Below are positions 10,388 through 20,338 of a stretch of DNA of 64,000 bases, in pieces (the stretch's first letter is position 1; each line of letters begins with the position of its first letter). Under the pieces are notes generated by a model. It was given only the letters and a program-made list of their open reading frames with translations. It was not told the DNA's origin and ran no database searches. Origin of the DNA: a virus; the IMG/VR virus record IMGVR_UViG_3300005337_000003, positions 65,799-129,798 of that record. One strand, 5' to 3'. A program made the translations under genes and the position numbers.

Positions 10388-11674
10388 TTAGGATGGATTA
10401 AAATATCTAATGACGTTCTTACCAGAGCCGCCGTCGCCTCCTTTCACACCAACTCCGCCATCTCCTCCACAGCCACCACCTCCGCCGCCAGTATTAGGCA
10501 AACCATCATTTCCTGAAAAAAGAACATTCGAACCATCTCCTCCTCCGCCTAATCCACCCGAACCTGGGGTGCCTATACGTACCGCCCCGCCTCCTCCGCC
10601 TCCATAATTACGGATAGTTCCTGTAATTCCGCTACTTATACCATCCCCTCCATTAGAATTGGAAAAGCCACTTGACCCCGGCGTATCCGAACCACCTCCA
10701 CCTCCGGCATGCCATGTCCCATTATCAGTACCGTCTCCTCCCTTATTCCCCTGCCCGGCAACGCCGTTACCTGCAATCGCTGGAAGGCCTCCGGAAATAG
10801 AACCGCCTCCACCTCCACTACCGCCATCTGATCCGTTCGCATTAGTATTTGACTGACTAAAGGGTGCTCCTCCGGCACCCCCACCTTTAGCTACGATTGC
10901 TCCAAAAAAGCTATCTCCTCCATTGCTTGCAGGCGCAGCTCCTAAGCTTCCCTCAGCTGCTCCGATTCCTCCAGAACCGCCTGCTCCTACCATAACCGGG
11001 TAAGTTTGGGCTGTAACAACCAAGGTACCGGGCAAACTACCTCCACCGCCGCCCCCGCCTCCGGCAACTGATAGCCAACCAGGGCCGCCTCCACCGCCGC
11101 CTGCCTGTACTAAGTACTCAACCTCGTTATATGGTGCTATTCCTGGATAAATAACTTCAAAATCATCCGAATCGTTATATTCATGAACTGTATAATCTCC
11201 ATCCTGTGTGCGGGTTCCTCCTGTAGCTACAATGTATAATCCGAAATCTACCTCTCCAAATACTTGAATAACAAAAGGACTTGCTACACCTCCAGATAAA
11301 GTAAGAGTCTCACTAAAGTAATCTCCTCTAGGCAAACCAGCCTTAAGCCGTACCGCATATATTAATCCAGTAGTTAAGGATCCACCAGTATAGACAATAC
11401 TAAAAGAAGTCGAGCGCCAGATAGTTCCATCAAATACCTCAATATTGGAGGATGGGGTTACTGTTATGTTGCCTGCGGCCGGAGTAAGACCGTCGCCTAA
11501 TATTTGGAAATTTTGAGAAGCTGCTGATGGTCCTAATCCCTGCTGATAGTCGAGACCTATTATAAGCCGGAGTACACTATTGTCGAAAGCAATTAAATAA
11601 GGGGGGGCCGGGAGGGAAGAATCCGCCCCTCCCTGAGCAAAAAAGGGAGATATAGCTATTACCCGAGATCTCAT
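10388..11674 (-). CDS. Glycine-rich virion/tail-fibre protein
   Basis: VEYLVQAGGGGGG...NTGGGGGG...GGSGKNVIRY Gly-rich domain. Confidence 0.75.
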   Translation of the reverse strand: MRSRVIAISPFFAQGGADSSLPAPPYLIAFDNSVLRLIIGLDYQQGLGPSAASQNFQILGDGLTPAAGNITVTPSSNIEVFDGTIWRSTSFSIVYTGGSLTTGLIYAVRLKAGLPRGDYFSETLTLSGGVASPFVIQVFGEVDFGLYIVATGGTRTQDGDYTVHEYNDSDDFEVIYPGIAPYNEVEYLVQAGGGGGGPGWLSVAGGGGGGGGSLPGTLVVTAQTYPVMVGAGGSGGIGAAEGSLGAAPASNGGDSFFGAIVAKGGGAGGAPFSQSNTNANGSDGGSGGGGGSISGGLPAIAGNGVAGQGNKGGDGTDNGTWHAGGGGGSDTPGSSGFSNSNGGDGISSGITGTIRNYGGGGGGAVRIGTPGSGGLGGGGDGSNVLFSGNDGLPNTGGGGGGCGGDGGVGVKGGDGGSGKNVIRYFNPS

Positions 11675-12033
11675 TTTATTTTATAAAAATTGATGCTGCC
11701 ACTCATTAGTTGAATATTGGTAGCTAACATATCCATGGGGATTACATAGAGTATCCGGGCCTTCAGTACGTGCCCAGTTAATCCCATTATGCCTAATAGG
11801 TCAGTAGTTGTGTCTTGTGGAATTCCTCCGGATAAAACAGATATCACCGAGTCTGCCTCAGGCACAAAGGCATAATAATTCTTCCCTATGTGTAGTGTTG
11901 TGTCGGATATTACCTCCGATCCTCCCCTTGCTGTAAGTCTCTCCAGCTGAATACGCATGAGGTCTACCATGGCTTTCTGGTAGGGGGTGTTGGTCGTGCC
12001 TTGGCCGCTGTATGGGGTATTACCGATTGACAT
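11671..12033 (-). CDS. Conserved crAss-like structural-region protein
   Basis: MSIGN...PYQ N-terminus. Confidence 0.55.
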   Translation of the reverse strand: MSIGNTPYSGQGTTNTPYQKAMVDLMRIQLERLTARGGSEVISDTTLHIGKNYYAFVPEADSVISVLSGGIPQDTTTDLLGIMGLTGHVLKARILYVIPMDMLATNIQLMSGSINFYKIK

Positions 12034-12059
12034 GAGAATATATTTTTAAGAGTGTTTGA

Positions 12060-13808
12060 TTACCTGGTTACTTCCTGCCCTCCTACATAAGAAACCGTAG
12101 CTGTCCCGGTTGTTGCATATCTTATTCGCACATTAGCTCCGGCAGGTATCCAAGATACTATCTGTCCCGTTTGTCCCACCGTAAGTTGCAGTGTCACTGT
12201 TACGCCGACACCACTTGATGATCCAAAAGGCTGCAGACTGGCCCAACTGGAACCCCCATTAGTGGAATATTCCAAAAATACAGTGGCAGCAGAAGTTCCG
12301 ACTAACAACGGGTTAGTAGTACTGCAGGTCACAAAGTAGGATACAAATGCAGGCTTCGTAGATATTGTAAATCCTGTAGAGGATGTGCTGGTGGTTACAG
12401 ACCTGGCTGGATTATTAGTAATACTCGGCGCAGCTAATGATATTGTATAATTCGGATAACTTCCTGTTATCACAATGCCGTCTCCTGCTGTTAAGCTTAT
12501 GGCCGGGGCCGGAATAATTACAGAATTCCCACCACTAATCGCCAAAGTATTACCGTTAGTGGCTGAATTTGTAGTTAAGGATAAAGTCTGCAACTCGTTA
12601 GTTATACTACCATCTACTTCCGCCTGGAGGGGTATATAGCCTATGGCTGTTGTAACCTGAGCGGTTGTAGGCGTATAAGTGATCGGCTTGTAATTAGCAT
12701 CACTCTGTGCTTTAGTATAATAATTACTCAAATCTGTAGTAGGCAGCGTCACTGTGCCGCCTCCCAGGCTTAGCTGCAATGATCCTGAATTCAAGGATAA
12801 AGACTGCAATTCATTCGAAATATTACCATCTACCTCGACCTGTAAAGGTACATAATTCAAAGCCGTAGTCACTTGCTGAGAAGTGAGTGCGGCTGTCTGT
12901 GTTGGTATAACGAAAGAACCTCCGCCAACACTCAAGGATACAGTCTGCCCGGTTATAGAAATAGCTTGTATCTCATTTGTTGGATTCCCATCAACCTCCG
13001 CAGTTAAAAATCCGCTCGGGTTACCACTCAGCGGGTAGCCATCAGTTATACCATATCCTGCCAGTGTAGTTGGCTTTCCCGTCAAAGAACTGAATGCTTG
13101 GGCTGGAATAGCTACCGAATTGCCTCCGGCTGCATATATAGAATTACCTGCTACTCCTAGTGTCGGGGAGTATGCAGAAATGAAATTAAGGGGATTTGAA
13201 TAAGGATAGGGCGTATAGGTTAAGGCGCCATTAATATCAGCAGCAGTGACACCCGTAATGTATCCTGCATTGTTAGTCCACTGTGTAATGTTGCCTGATT
13301 TATTAGTGAACGTCATGACATTGTTGCTTGTGGCATACCCTGCAAGCGCGTGGTTTCCCCAACCAAAAGCTGAGTCCCAGTTACCTATACGTACTGCTGT
13401 AACGCTGCTGGCTGCAGATGCAGTAAATACAGGGTCAACTTCAGAGGATATGTAACCTGCGGGATTGGCCGCCGAGTAAGGAGTATAACTCAGTGCGGAG
13501 ATTATGGCGGCTGCTGTAAGAGAGACGCCTGGGGATCCTACTAGAAGCTTGCCTCGGCTATCAACACCTAGTACTCTACTAATAGTACCGTCACTTCGAG
13601 TAGAATCATAAGACAAAAAATGGACTCGATTAGCTTTCCACTTAGCAAAAGTAGAATCCAAAGCGCTCATGGTCCAGTTATCGCTATCCAGCATATACCA
13701 CTGGTAGGTTGCGTCTGGAAGGTTGATACGGGCATACATATATTGGGCCCTGGCCGCCAGGGGAATACCCAATACAAGCAAAATAATGACTATTTTTAAA
13801 ATCAGCAT
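12060..13808 (-). CDS. Tail fibre/spike protein with internal repeats
   Basis: EVDG..NE.Q.(I/L)S x3, EVDPVF, SLTGKPTTLAGYGITD fibre repeat. Confidence 0.7.
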   Translation of the reverse strand: MLILKIVIILLVLGIPLAARAQYMYARINLPDATYQWYMLDSDNWTMSALDSTFAKWKANRVHFLSYDSTRSDGTISRVLGVDSRGKLLVGSPGVSLTAAAIISALSYTPYSAANPAGYISSEVDPVFTASAASSVTAVRIGNWDSAFGWGNHALAGYATSNNVMTFTNKSGNITQWTNNAGYITGVTAADINGALTYTPYPYSNPLNFISAYSPTLGVAGNSIYAAGGNSVAIPAQAFSSLTGKPTTLAGYGITDGYPLSGNPSGFLTAEVDGNPTNEIQAISITGQTVSLSVGGGSFVIPTQTAALTSQQVTTALNYVPLQVEVDGNISNELQSLSLNSGSLQLSLGGGTVTLPTTDLSNYYTKAQSDANYKPITYTPTTAQVTTAIGYIPLQAEVDGSITNELQTLSLTTNSATNGNTLAISGGNSVIIPAPAISLTAGDGIVITGSYPNYTISLAAPSITNNPARSVTTSTSSTGFTISTKPAFVSYFVTCSTTNPLLVGTSAATVFLEYSTNGGSSWASLQPFGSSSGVGVTVTLQLTVGQTGQIVSWIPAGANVRIRYATTGTATVSYVGGQEVTR

Positions 13809-13828
13809 ACCATTTAAATCTAAAGAAA

Positions 13829-14182
13829 TTAAAGGATCTGAGGCATCAGCTTGATAGTATAGCTGGCAGAAGGCAGATTAACAGAGGAAGCTGAATAATT
13901 ATTCAATCTCACTGTTATCACTCCGTCAACTGCCACATAGCCATCAAAGAAAATATTAGCTGTTTTAACAGCTGGAATAATCTCTACTAAATCTTTAGTT
14001 GTAGCCGAGGGTTCCGATACGGTCAACACAGAACTGGTCTGTGGCAGTGTATTGGCAAAATTCAAAGCGGCAGAAACGGTCTTCACTGCAACAAACGGGG
14101 ATAACGTGTCTCCGCCCTTGGCGTGAATTAGTCCCTTCCAGTTTGATGATAGAGGTGTGGTGACTTGGGGAGCATAAATCAT
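13829..14182 (-). CDS. Small beta-rich structural-region protein
   Basis: ATG at 14182 after ACACACAAC; track start 14233 is probably too long. Confidence 0.55.
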   Translation of the reverse strand: MIYAPQVTTPLSSNWKGLIHAKGGDTLSPFVAVKTVSAALNFANTLPQTSSVLTVSEPSATTKDLVEIIPAVKTANIFFDGYVAVDGVITVRLNNYSASSVNLPSASYTIKLMPQIL

Positions 14183-14269
14183 GTTGTGTGTTTTTTTTGT
14201 GTGTAGTACAAAAATAACACAATTTGCTCCCATAAAGTAAAAAAGGCTAATAAATTTGTTAAAAAGGTA

Positions 14270-15928
14270 TCACAAACGAGACAATCCACTCCGTATGATC
14301 AGCTCATATAGTTCAGAGGCCCAATTCGAAGCCGAAAACTTGTCCCAGGCCAACTTAAATCCATTCTCAGCTATACTATTGCGTACGTCTGGATTTCTAT
14401 ACAAAAAGTCAAGGGCTTGGGTCAATTCGTATTTGTTCCTGTAGTAAACACAATGATACATGTCCATGAAATACTTTTCGATACCTGGAAATACCCGCAT
14501 AAGGGCACAACTGCCGGCAGCCATGGCTCCCAGGTTACGAGGAGTAAAATAATCCTCTACATCCCAATAATTATTCTCACAAATTACCGCATACGATTCA
14601 TTATATAATTTGGGGGTTTCACGAACGGGTAATACACCATTAACAAATCCTGATCCATAAAAAACAACCTGAGTCGGGTAATTAGCCTTCACCAACTCAT
14701 AAATTTCCTTACGACTCTCACCTCCAGGAAGATGGCTGTAGAGGTTGCCTGCGTATGCTATTTTACCCTCTTGCAGCTGTTGATTGGGTAAAAACCTCCA
14801 ACTCTGGATAGGCTCCCATATAAATTCGCATGGCTTGTTCAGGATTCTTCGATATACCTGGCGTTGTTCCCCGCTGAAGGGCACCAGGTAGAGATCCACT
14901 ATCGGTTGGAATTCAATAAAGCTTTGGGATGGGAAAGGGGAATAATCGCCGGTCCACATAACAAAAGAGGCGCCGGTTTGTTCCTTTAGGATACGACAGT
15001 GCTCCATGTACATAGATGCCTGGTATAGTATCGTATGGGGCTTAAAATCAATTGCCTTCTGTAGGTCACCATCAAACAGGAACACATTATACTTTTCCGA
15101 TAAGGCCCGGCTCAAATCCCCAAAATATCCATCATCCGAAATATGCAACTGGTAGTCCATGGGGATCCATAAAAGATTCTGCCGTACTTCCTGTTCCGGA
15201 ATCGCCGTGTAATTAAAGCGCGGGTGATCCTTAAGGTAATCAGGCATCTGTAATTTATCATAAACCATAGGCTCTCCCCATAAGTCAGGATATACCGGAT
15301 GCAGATCCGTATCTTCATTTCCGGGAGTCCAGGCCAGATATTTAGACATATAATTCTTACGTATCTCGGAACTATGAGAGAAAGTGCTCAACTTGTATCG
15401 GATAGTCTTCAGGCTTTGTGCCCAGCCAAAATGAAGCACTGTACCACTCAACAACTCTGTGTCGTCTGCCATAGCTACTACACGTTCCAATCTTACCGGG
15501 TGCTGATCATCCGCGTAGTAATGCTCCCAATCTCTAAAAAAATGCATGAACCCGGCCACTTTATAATACCGAGCCTGCTTAGATTCCAATTGCTCCAGCA
15601 GTTTTTTGGGTTCCAAATATATCTCATCGGCATCGATACGGAATATCACATCGAAGTCGGCAGAATGTTTATACCTCTCACTTATATGCTCTGCTTCCGA
15701 ACCAAACCGATCGTGGGCCTCCCAAATCAGCTTATGGCCTAGAACTTCTGAAGCGATCTTAAATATTTGAGCTTCCGTATCAGGACAAGTGAGGTTAGCC
15801 GAAAACCCAAAGGATGGCTGACGACTATAAGCAATGTGGAATTTATCAACCACACCGTAAACGCTGATTAATGCCTCTCTTAAAAGTTCAGCTCCGTAAT
15901 GAATGGCACAAAACCCAAGTACTTTCAT
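14270..15928 (-). CDS. Two-domain glycosyltransferase (GT-A-like + CgeB/YkvP-like GT-B)
   Basis: IDADEI DxD motif; C-terminal YFTPRNLGAMAAG...RNSIAENG typical of Glyco_trans_1_2. Confidence 0.75.
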   Translation of the reverse strand: MKVLGFCAIHYGAELLREALISVYGVVDKFHIAYSRQPSFGFSANLTCPDTEAQIFKIASEVLGHKLIWEAHDRFGSEAEHISERYKHSADFDVIFRIDADEIYLEPKKLLEQLESKQARYYKVAGFMHFFRDWEHYYADDQHPVRLERVVAMADDTELLSGTVLHFGWAQSLKTIRYKLSTFSHSSEIRKNYMSKYLAWTPGNEDTDLHPVYPDLWGEPMVYDKLQMPDYLKDHPRFNYTAIPEQEVRQNLLWIPMDYQLHISDDGYFGDLSRALSEKYNVFLFDGDLQKAIDFKPHTILYQASMYMEHCRILKEQTGASFVMWTGDYSPFPSQSFIEFQPIVDLYLVPFSGEQRQVYRRILNKPCEFIWEPIQSWRFLPNQQLQEGKIAYAGNLYSHLPGGESRKEIYELVKANYPTQVVFYGSGFVNGVLPVRETPKLYNESYAVICENNYWDVEDYFTPRNLGAMAAGSCALMRVFPGIEKYFMDMYHCVYYRNKYELTQALDFLYRNPDVRNSIAENGFKLAWDKFSASNWASELYELIIRSGLSRL

Positions 15929-16128
15929 TCTTTTTTGCCTTGTGATTTATAAAATGTATCTGCGGTGTATAAGGCGCGAGTGATCAACTCGTCAGCTATG
16001 GAAATATTTTTAGAGGTGGCTGTCTCAGAAATAGAAGCGTAAGCCATTCCGTTTCCATATACTCCGTTCAACATAGCTATCAATACCTTAATAGCCAGTT
16101 CTTCCTTTTTTTCTGATAATTCACTCAT
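15925..16128 (-). CDS. Small hypothetical protein
   Basis: 67 aa, ATGA-type overlaps on both sides. Confidence 0.6.
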   Translation of the reverse strand: MSELSEKKEELAIKVLIAMLNGVYGNGMAYASISETATSKNISIADELITRALYTADTFYKSQGKKE

Positions 16129-16829
16129 TGTTTTAGTTTTTCTATTTTAGCTTGCATCATATCACGGACTGTCGGCCATTCTTCTTTATCTTGCTCAATA
16201 ACCCAATCTATTCCCTTTATAGAATAAATAGTACTCGATCCCTCATGGAAAGATTTAAGTTTGTCATACATCACTGTGGGGAAGCCAAGTTCTCGACATA
16301 TCGAATATATCCAGTTATCTCCGAACCAGACCTTGATGTTTTTAGGTATGGGGTATACGCAGTGGGCATGCTGCCTGTTTAAAAATATAGCTATTCCTGG
16401 AAATCCTTCTGGGATCCACCTGTGCATATCAGATAAAAGATAATCTATATCGTGGAAAATTTCTTCCTTATTAACCTCTGTGGGAATAGGTACATAATTG
16501 GGGTATACCATCCAGAATTTTTGTAAAGCTCCTACAAAATCACGATGCAATATAATGTCAGAATTCAATATTCCCAAGTGCGTGTACTGCTCATTATTAA
16601 TAAATTCCTCCAAGAAGAAATTCCAGGCAGGATTCACATAAATATTCTCAGGCCTATCTACAATCTTGACATTGGGTAGATCCCTGTAATTATCAAATAA
16701 TATCTGTATTTCTTGGTTGTAACCATTAGCAAATAACATCACATCCACCGGGTGGTGAACAACCGACTCTATGCATTGTCGTGTAACATGCGGATTATTA
16801 ACTATAGGGATGCACAATAGAAGTTTCAT
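16125..16829 (-). CDS. GT2-like glycosyltransferase
   Basis: IPIVN...ILNSDI...WFGDNW...FHEGSST. Confidence 0.78.
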   Translation of the reverse strand: MKLLLCIPIVNNPHVTRQCIESVVHHPVDVMLFANGYNQEIQILFDNYRDLPNVKIVDRPENIYVNPAWNFFLEEFINNEQYTHLGILNSDIILHRDFVGALQKFWMVYPNYVPIPTEVNKEEIFHDIDYLLSDMHRWIPEGFPGIAIFLNRQHAHCVYPIPKNIKVWFGDNWIYSICRELGFPTVMYDKLKSFHEGSSTIYSIKGIDWVIEQDKEEWPTVRDMMQAKIEKLKQ

Positions 16830-17398
16830 ATCTTATTTACGCACTCCTTAAACTCATCTACCGTAATTACAGTCATCACTGGTGTATTTTTTCGATTAGC
16901 CTCATACCAGGCCCAATCAAATTTTGACATGTCCAGATTCGAACCCACAGGCTCGTGTCTGGGGAAAATCAATCCACATCCTTGATCGGTATCGATAATG
17001 AACATGACATCTTTACTTATCTCCTTTAATGCTGCCCATGCCTTCCAGCCATCTCCGTTGAGATAGGGATTCTGATGCTCTTCTGTTGGCGGTAAAAGAT
17101 CATGAACCATAACTATGCCTCCAGGACACACCTTGTAAGCGTTTAATATATCTTTAGCTACCTGATCCGATCCGTGCCAGCCATCTATAAAACAAATGTG
17201 AAATTGCTCCTGGTTATGAGCAAAGAATTGATCGGACGTCATCTTATGCGTAGCTGCGCTACCAATATCGGGGTCTACGCCTACTTTGTAATCGCAGCTT
17301 ATCTGGCTGAAGCACTCTCCCCACTGTACTCCTATTTCAAGGTACTTTTTAGCTCCCAGCTTGTCAATAAATAACTGTAGTATTTCCCAACGTTTCAT
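16826..17398 (-). CDS. Class I SAM methyltransferase (Methyltransf_24-like)
   Basis: YLEIGV...FIDGWH...GGIVMVHD. Confidence 0.8.
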   Translation of the reverse strand: MKRWEILQLFIDKLGAKKYLEIGVQWGECFSQISCDYKVGVDPDIGSAATHKMTSDQFFAHNQEQFHICFIDGWHGSDQVAKDILNAYKVCPGGIVMVHDLLPPTEEHQNPYLNGDGWKAWAALKEISKDVMFIIDTDQGCGLIFPRHEPVGSNLDMSKFDWAWYEANRKNTPVMTVITVDEFKECVNKI

Positions 17399-18126
17399 CG
17401 TATTATCTCCTTATTATAGTTAGGGTGCAGTTTCAAAAAATCTGGAAGAGTGGTCTTATCGAAGGGTGTTGTGGTTTGCCAGATTTGACGTGACACAGGG
17501 TGTAGCCATTCTGCTTTCTCGTTGAGCCAATTGTCGTAAATGACTTTCCATTCGGGACGTAATTCCGAACGATGGCCTGATAGGCGCCATTTATACTCGG
17601 CTATCTGGTCACTTTGTGCGTATGAAAAATGATAGACTGTTAGGTTGACTTCTCCCTGTCCGGAATTTCTTCGCAGATTAAAGAAGCGAATGGGCCTGAA
17701 GCCATCTGTGCAAACCTCATTAAATGAGCGCCAAAAATTGAGATAACCTGCCACGCCATAGGCTCTATAAGGACCTTCATATACTTCATCTAGTACTCTG
17801 GATAAGGCCCCAGGATGGAAGACCTCATCTGAATCTACAGCAACTAACACGTCAAATCCGGCAGCGTGAGCAAATGCAGCATCCCGGTGTTGACCTTCAG
17901 ACCTGTAAACCGCATGATCCCACACCAACTTAGAACCCAAAACCCTGTAGGCAATATCATAGAGCTCACCCTCTGTGTCTGGACAAGGAATATCTGTACT
18001 GTATCCCTGCGAACCTACAGGTGTGTAGAGTACTACAAACTTGTCTACTACAGCTTCTACACTTTTGAGGGAGGCCTCTAAATACTCTTTGCCGTAGAGG
18101 ATCGGCATATATCCGATTACTTTCAT
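17395..18126 (-). CDS. GT-A-like glycosyltransferase, paralog of the N-domain of 14270..15928
   Basis: MKVIG...YGKEYL...VDSDEV...YHFSYAQS aligns by eye with MKVLG...YGAELL...IDADEI...LHFGWAQS. Confidence 0.7.
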   Translation of the reverse strand: MKVIGYMPILYGKEYLEASLKSVEAVVDKFVVLYTPVGSQGYSTDIPCPDTEGELYDIAYRVLGSKLVWDHAVYRSEGQHRDAAFAHAAGFDVLVAVDSDEVFHPGALSRVLDEVYEGPYRAYGVAGYLNFWRSFNEVCTDGFRPIRFFNLRRNSGQGEVNLTVYHFSYAQSDQIAEYKWRLSGHRSELRPEWKVIYDNWLNEKAEWLHPVSRQIWQTTTPFDKTTLPDFLKLHPNYNKEIIR

Positions 18127-18728
18127 TTATATTGATTCATTACTTGTTTAACTTGTTCTGGTGTTAACCATTTATCTATCGCGTGGTAGGTCAAAGTCCC
18201 CAGGCTAAATACAGACTCTATTCCCCATCTAAGGCAAACATCTCTGGGCGCTAAATTGCCCAGGTTATGGTAGTACATTGTATTGCAAAAATACACATCC
18301 TCATTTATATTCTTCCAGGGGTGGTTATTAATTACCTGCAGCATGACATTAGGATCTCTTAAGCTGAGGCCTCCGTTACCTCCCCGAGCCTGGAACCCCC
18401 AAGGGGCACCAACATAGGAGTATTCAAAAAAATCCTGTATACCAAATCTCAGGAACCCGCTATCGCTTTGAAAAATCAATACCCGATCATAATTTATATA
18501 CTTTTCCCAAAAGGCAACAGAGGTTAACAATCGGTTGTATCCGCCTAACTCAGAAATCTCGCACTCAAAAAAAGTAGCTTCAGGAAACAAGTTAGACCAT
18601 TCCCGTATCTTCGAACCTGTAGTCCATATCACCAGATCGTGATTGTAATCAATATAGTCCCTGTGACGATTAATCACAGGAACTATATCTACATTGCGTG
18701 TTTCTACGATTGTTAAACAGAGCTTCAT
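18123..18728 (-). CDS. DUF5672-like glycosyltransferase-associated protein
   Basis: LIFQSDS...YVGAPW...GGNGGLSLR...NEDVYF. Confidence 0.75.
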   Translation of the reverse strand: MKLCLTIVETRNVDIVPVINRHRDYIDYNHDLVIWTTGSKIREWSNLFPEATFFECEISELGGYNRLLTSVAFWEKYINYDRVLIFQSDSGFLRFGIQDFFEYSYVGAPWGFQARGGNGGLSLRDPNVMLQVINNHPWKNINEDVYFCNTMYYHNLGNLAPRDVCLRWGIESVFSLGTLTYHAIDKWLTPEQVKQVMNQYK

Positions 18729-18730
18729 TG

Positions 18731-18984
18731 TTACATCAAATTAGCTGCAGAGGTATATATTGCGGTACCGACAGTGGGTTCTACATAATCTGAAAACCCT
18801 TTAGTTCCGATGCCTCCTCCGTATTCAAATTTCATTCCGCCTCCACAGGCACCTGTAATTCCGCTACTTGCGACCCTTCCGTGGGAAGTGAATTCATCAG
18901 AAATCACTTGGAATTTATTTAAAAGTGGAGAACTCTTGTATTTATCATCGTTATCCCTTAAACCTGCAGATAACGATGTTGCTA
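18731..18984 (-). CDS. Start-less open frame; putative -1 frameshift extension of 18982..19194
   Basis: 84 sense codons ending 2 nt before the next ATG; slippery site plus hairpin. Confidence 0.5.
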
Positions 18985-19194
18985 AAAAGGGCGAACGGCC
19001 ACCTCCACCTGATCCAGCTGCTCTTTATAATTGACAGGGATATTCATGGCAGCGGCCATTGATGCGCTGTGTTGACTAACAGAAAGTATTGTACTTAATT
19101 CTACAATTACCTTCGATTTAAGTCCTTCTTCTTTTTCCTGCTTGTCAGTAGGATGCCACAGGATCACATACTGAAATAGTTGTTGTTTTGTCAT
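18982..19194 (-). CDS. Small conserved phage protein ending VRPF
   Basis: LFQYVILWHPT...LDQVEVAVRPF. Confidence 0.75.
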   Translation of the reverse strand: MTKQQLFQYVILWHPTDKQEKEEGLKSKVIVELSTILSVSQHSASMAAAMNIPVNYKEQLDQVEVAVRPF

Positions 19195-19235
19195 GTTATT
19201 GCCGGTTAAACCTGTACGCCGGAAGGTTCTATGAT

Positions 19236-19619
19236 TTAACTTCTTATTACCTGGTAAAACTTAGGACGTCTAAACCGGTAATTAGCCCCGTCCTGATAAA
19301 CAATTGTAAAGCTGAAATAGTCATTATTCTCAGTAATACAAACAACACAATTTCTTCCAGCAAGATCTATACAGGAAGCAATTGAGCCTGAATCCACATT
19401 GATATACTTCCGAATAGTAAACGTCTGATCTAAATCATTGGCCGTGTCCTGTAGTCTAATAACAGAATACATCAATTCTACAACAACATGGGAAGATGGG
19501 TTTGGAAGTTTGACCTGGGTGTATGCGGCGCCGTTCCAATGCTCCACCTGATTATATCTGGATATTTCTACCTGGCCGCGAAGGGTCCAACTTATAAGTA
19601 TTAATAGGATTATTCGCAT
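19236..19619 (-). CDS. Secreted hypothetical protein
   Basis: N-terminal signal-like MRIILLILISW. Confidence 0.55.
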   Translation of the reverse strand: MRIILLILISWTLRGQVEISRYNQVEHWNGAAYTQVKLPNPSSHVVVELMYSVIRLQDTANDLDQTFTIRKYINVDSGSIASCIDLAGRNCVVCITENNDYFSFTIVYQDGANYRFRRPKFYQVIRS

Positions 19620-19816
19620 TCTTCTATTTGATTTATTTTCATTTCTAATTTTAAAAGCTTAAGCATCCTGGCAACCTCATGTATATAGAATTTGCCGCTT
19701 TCTAATTTCCGGTAATACGTTACCTGGTGGAAGCCTGCATATCTGGATATTCGCGGAATAGACACATTAAGTTCTTTACGCCTTGACTCTATTGTTTTTA
19801 ATATGTCCGTGTCCAT
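19610..19816 (-). CDS. XRE-like HTH protein
   Basis: RRKELNVSIPRISRYAGFHQVTYYRKLE. Confidence 0.65.
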   Translation of the reverse strand: MDTDILKTIESRRKELNVSIPRISRYAGFHQVTYYRKLESGKFYIHEVARMLKLLKLEMKINQIEECE

Positions 19817-20232
19817 AATTTACTCTGTAGATACTTTTCAAGGAAAATATTGTATACTCTATAGGCGTGTACCCTTTTATGGAAGTAAAAATTATAATCT
19901 GATGCGTCGCTAATATATACCAGCACTTTCCAGATGCCTTCCATATCTGCCTTCCATAAATCCACGGATCTTATATGTGTATAACTAGACGAACATATAA
20001 AAAAGTTAATACCTTCTTTAGCGGGCAAAATTGAATCTTCCTCCAGGTCTAAAGAATCAAAATCCCCATGAAATTCGAAGTGATCATAGTGGAGATGGAT
20101 CTCTAACTTTCGGCAGTTCGTAACCTCCTGCCTTTTTAATTTGACTGGTTGCAAGGTTATGATGGTAGCTACTTTAGGATCACTAGACTCCTTTATTGAG
20201 AATTCATGTATGATTTTTTGGTTGTCTTCCAC
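19798..20232 (-). CDS. Hypothetical protein
   Basis: 144 aa, GTG start. Confidence 0.55.
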   Translation of the reverse strand: MEDNQKIIHEFSIKESSDPKVATIITLQPVKLKRQEVTNCRKLEIHLHYDHFEFHGDFDSLDLEEDSILPAKEGINFFICSSSYTHIRSVDLWKADMEGIWKVLVYISDASDYNFYFHKRVHAYRVYNIFLEKYLQSKLWTRTY

Positions 20233-20338
20233 AGTGTGTTGGTTTAAAAAACATTAACACCAATGCCGAATCGGGCAAGAATATCCTTGCAGTAGTTCAG
20301 TTCATGAGTTCTTTCTTTTTGTGTGGTGGGGGATTTCA

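Noticed and set aside
10410-10884. Pro-rich plus-strand ORFs and alternative-frame ORF
   Set aside because: Shadows of the Gly-rich gene; likewise most short antisense ORFs in the track
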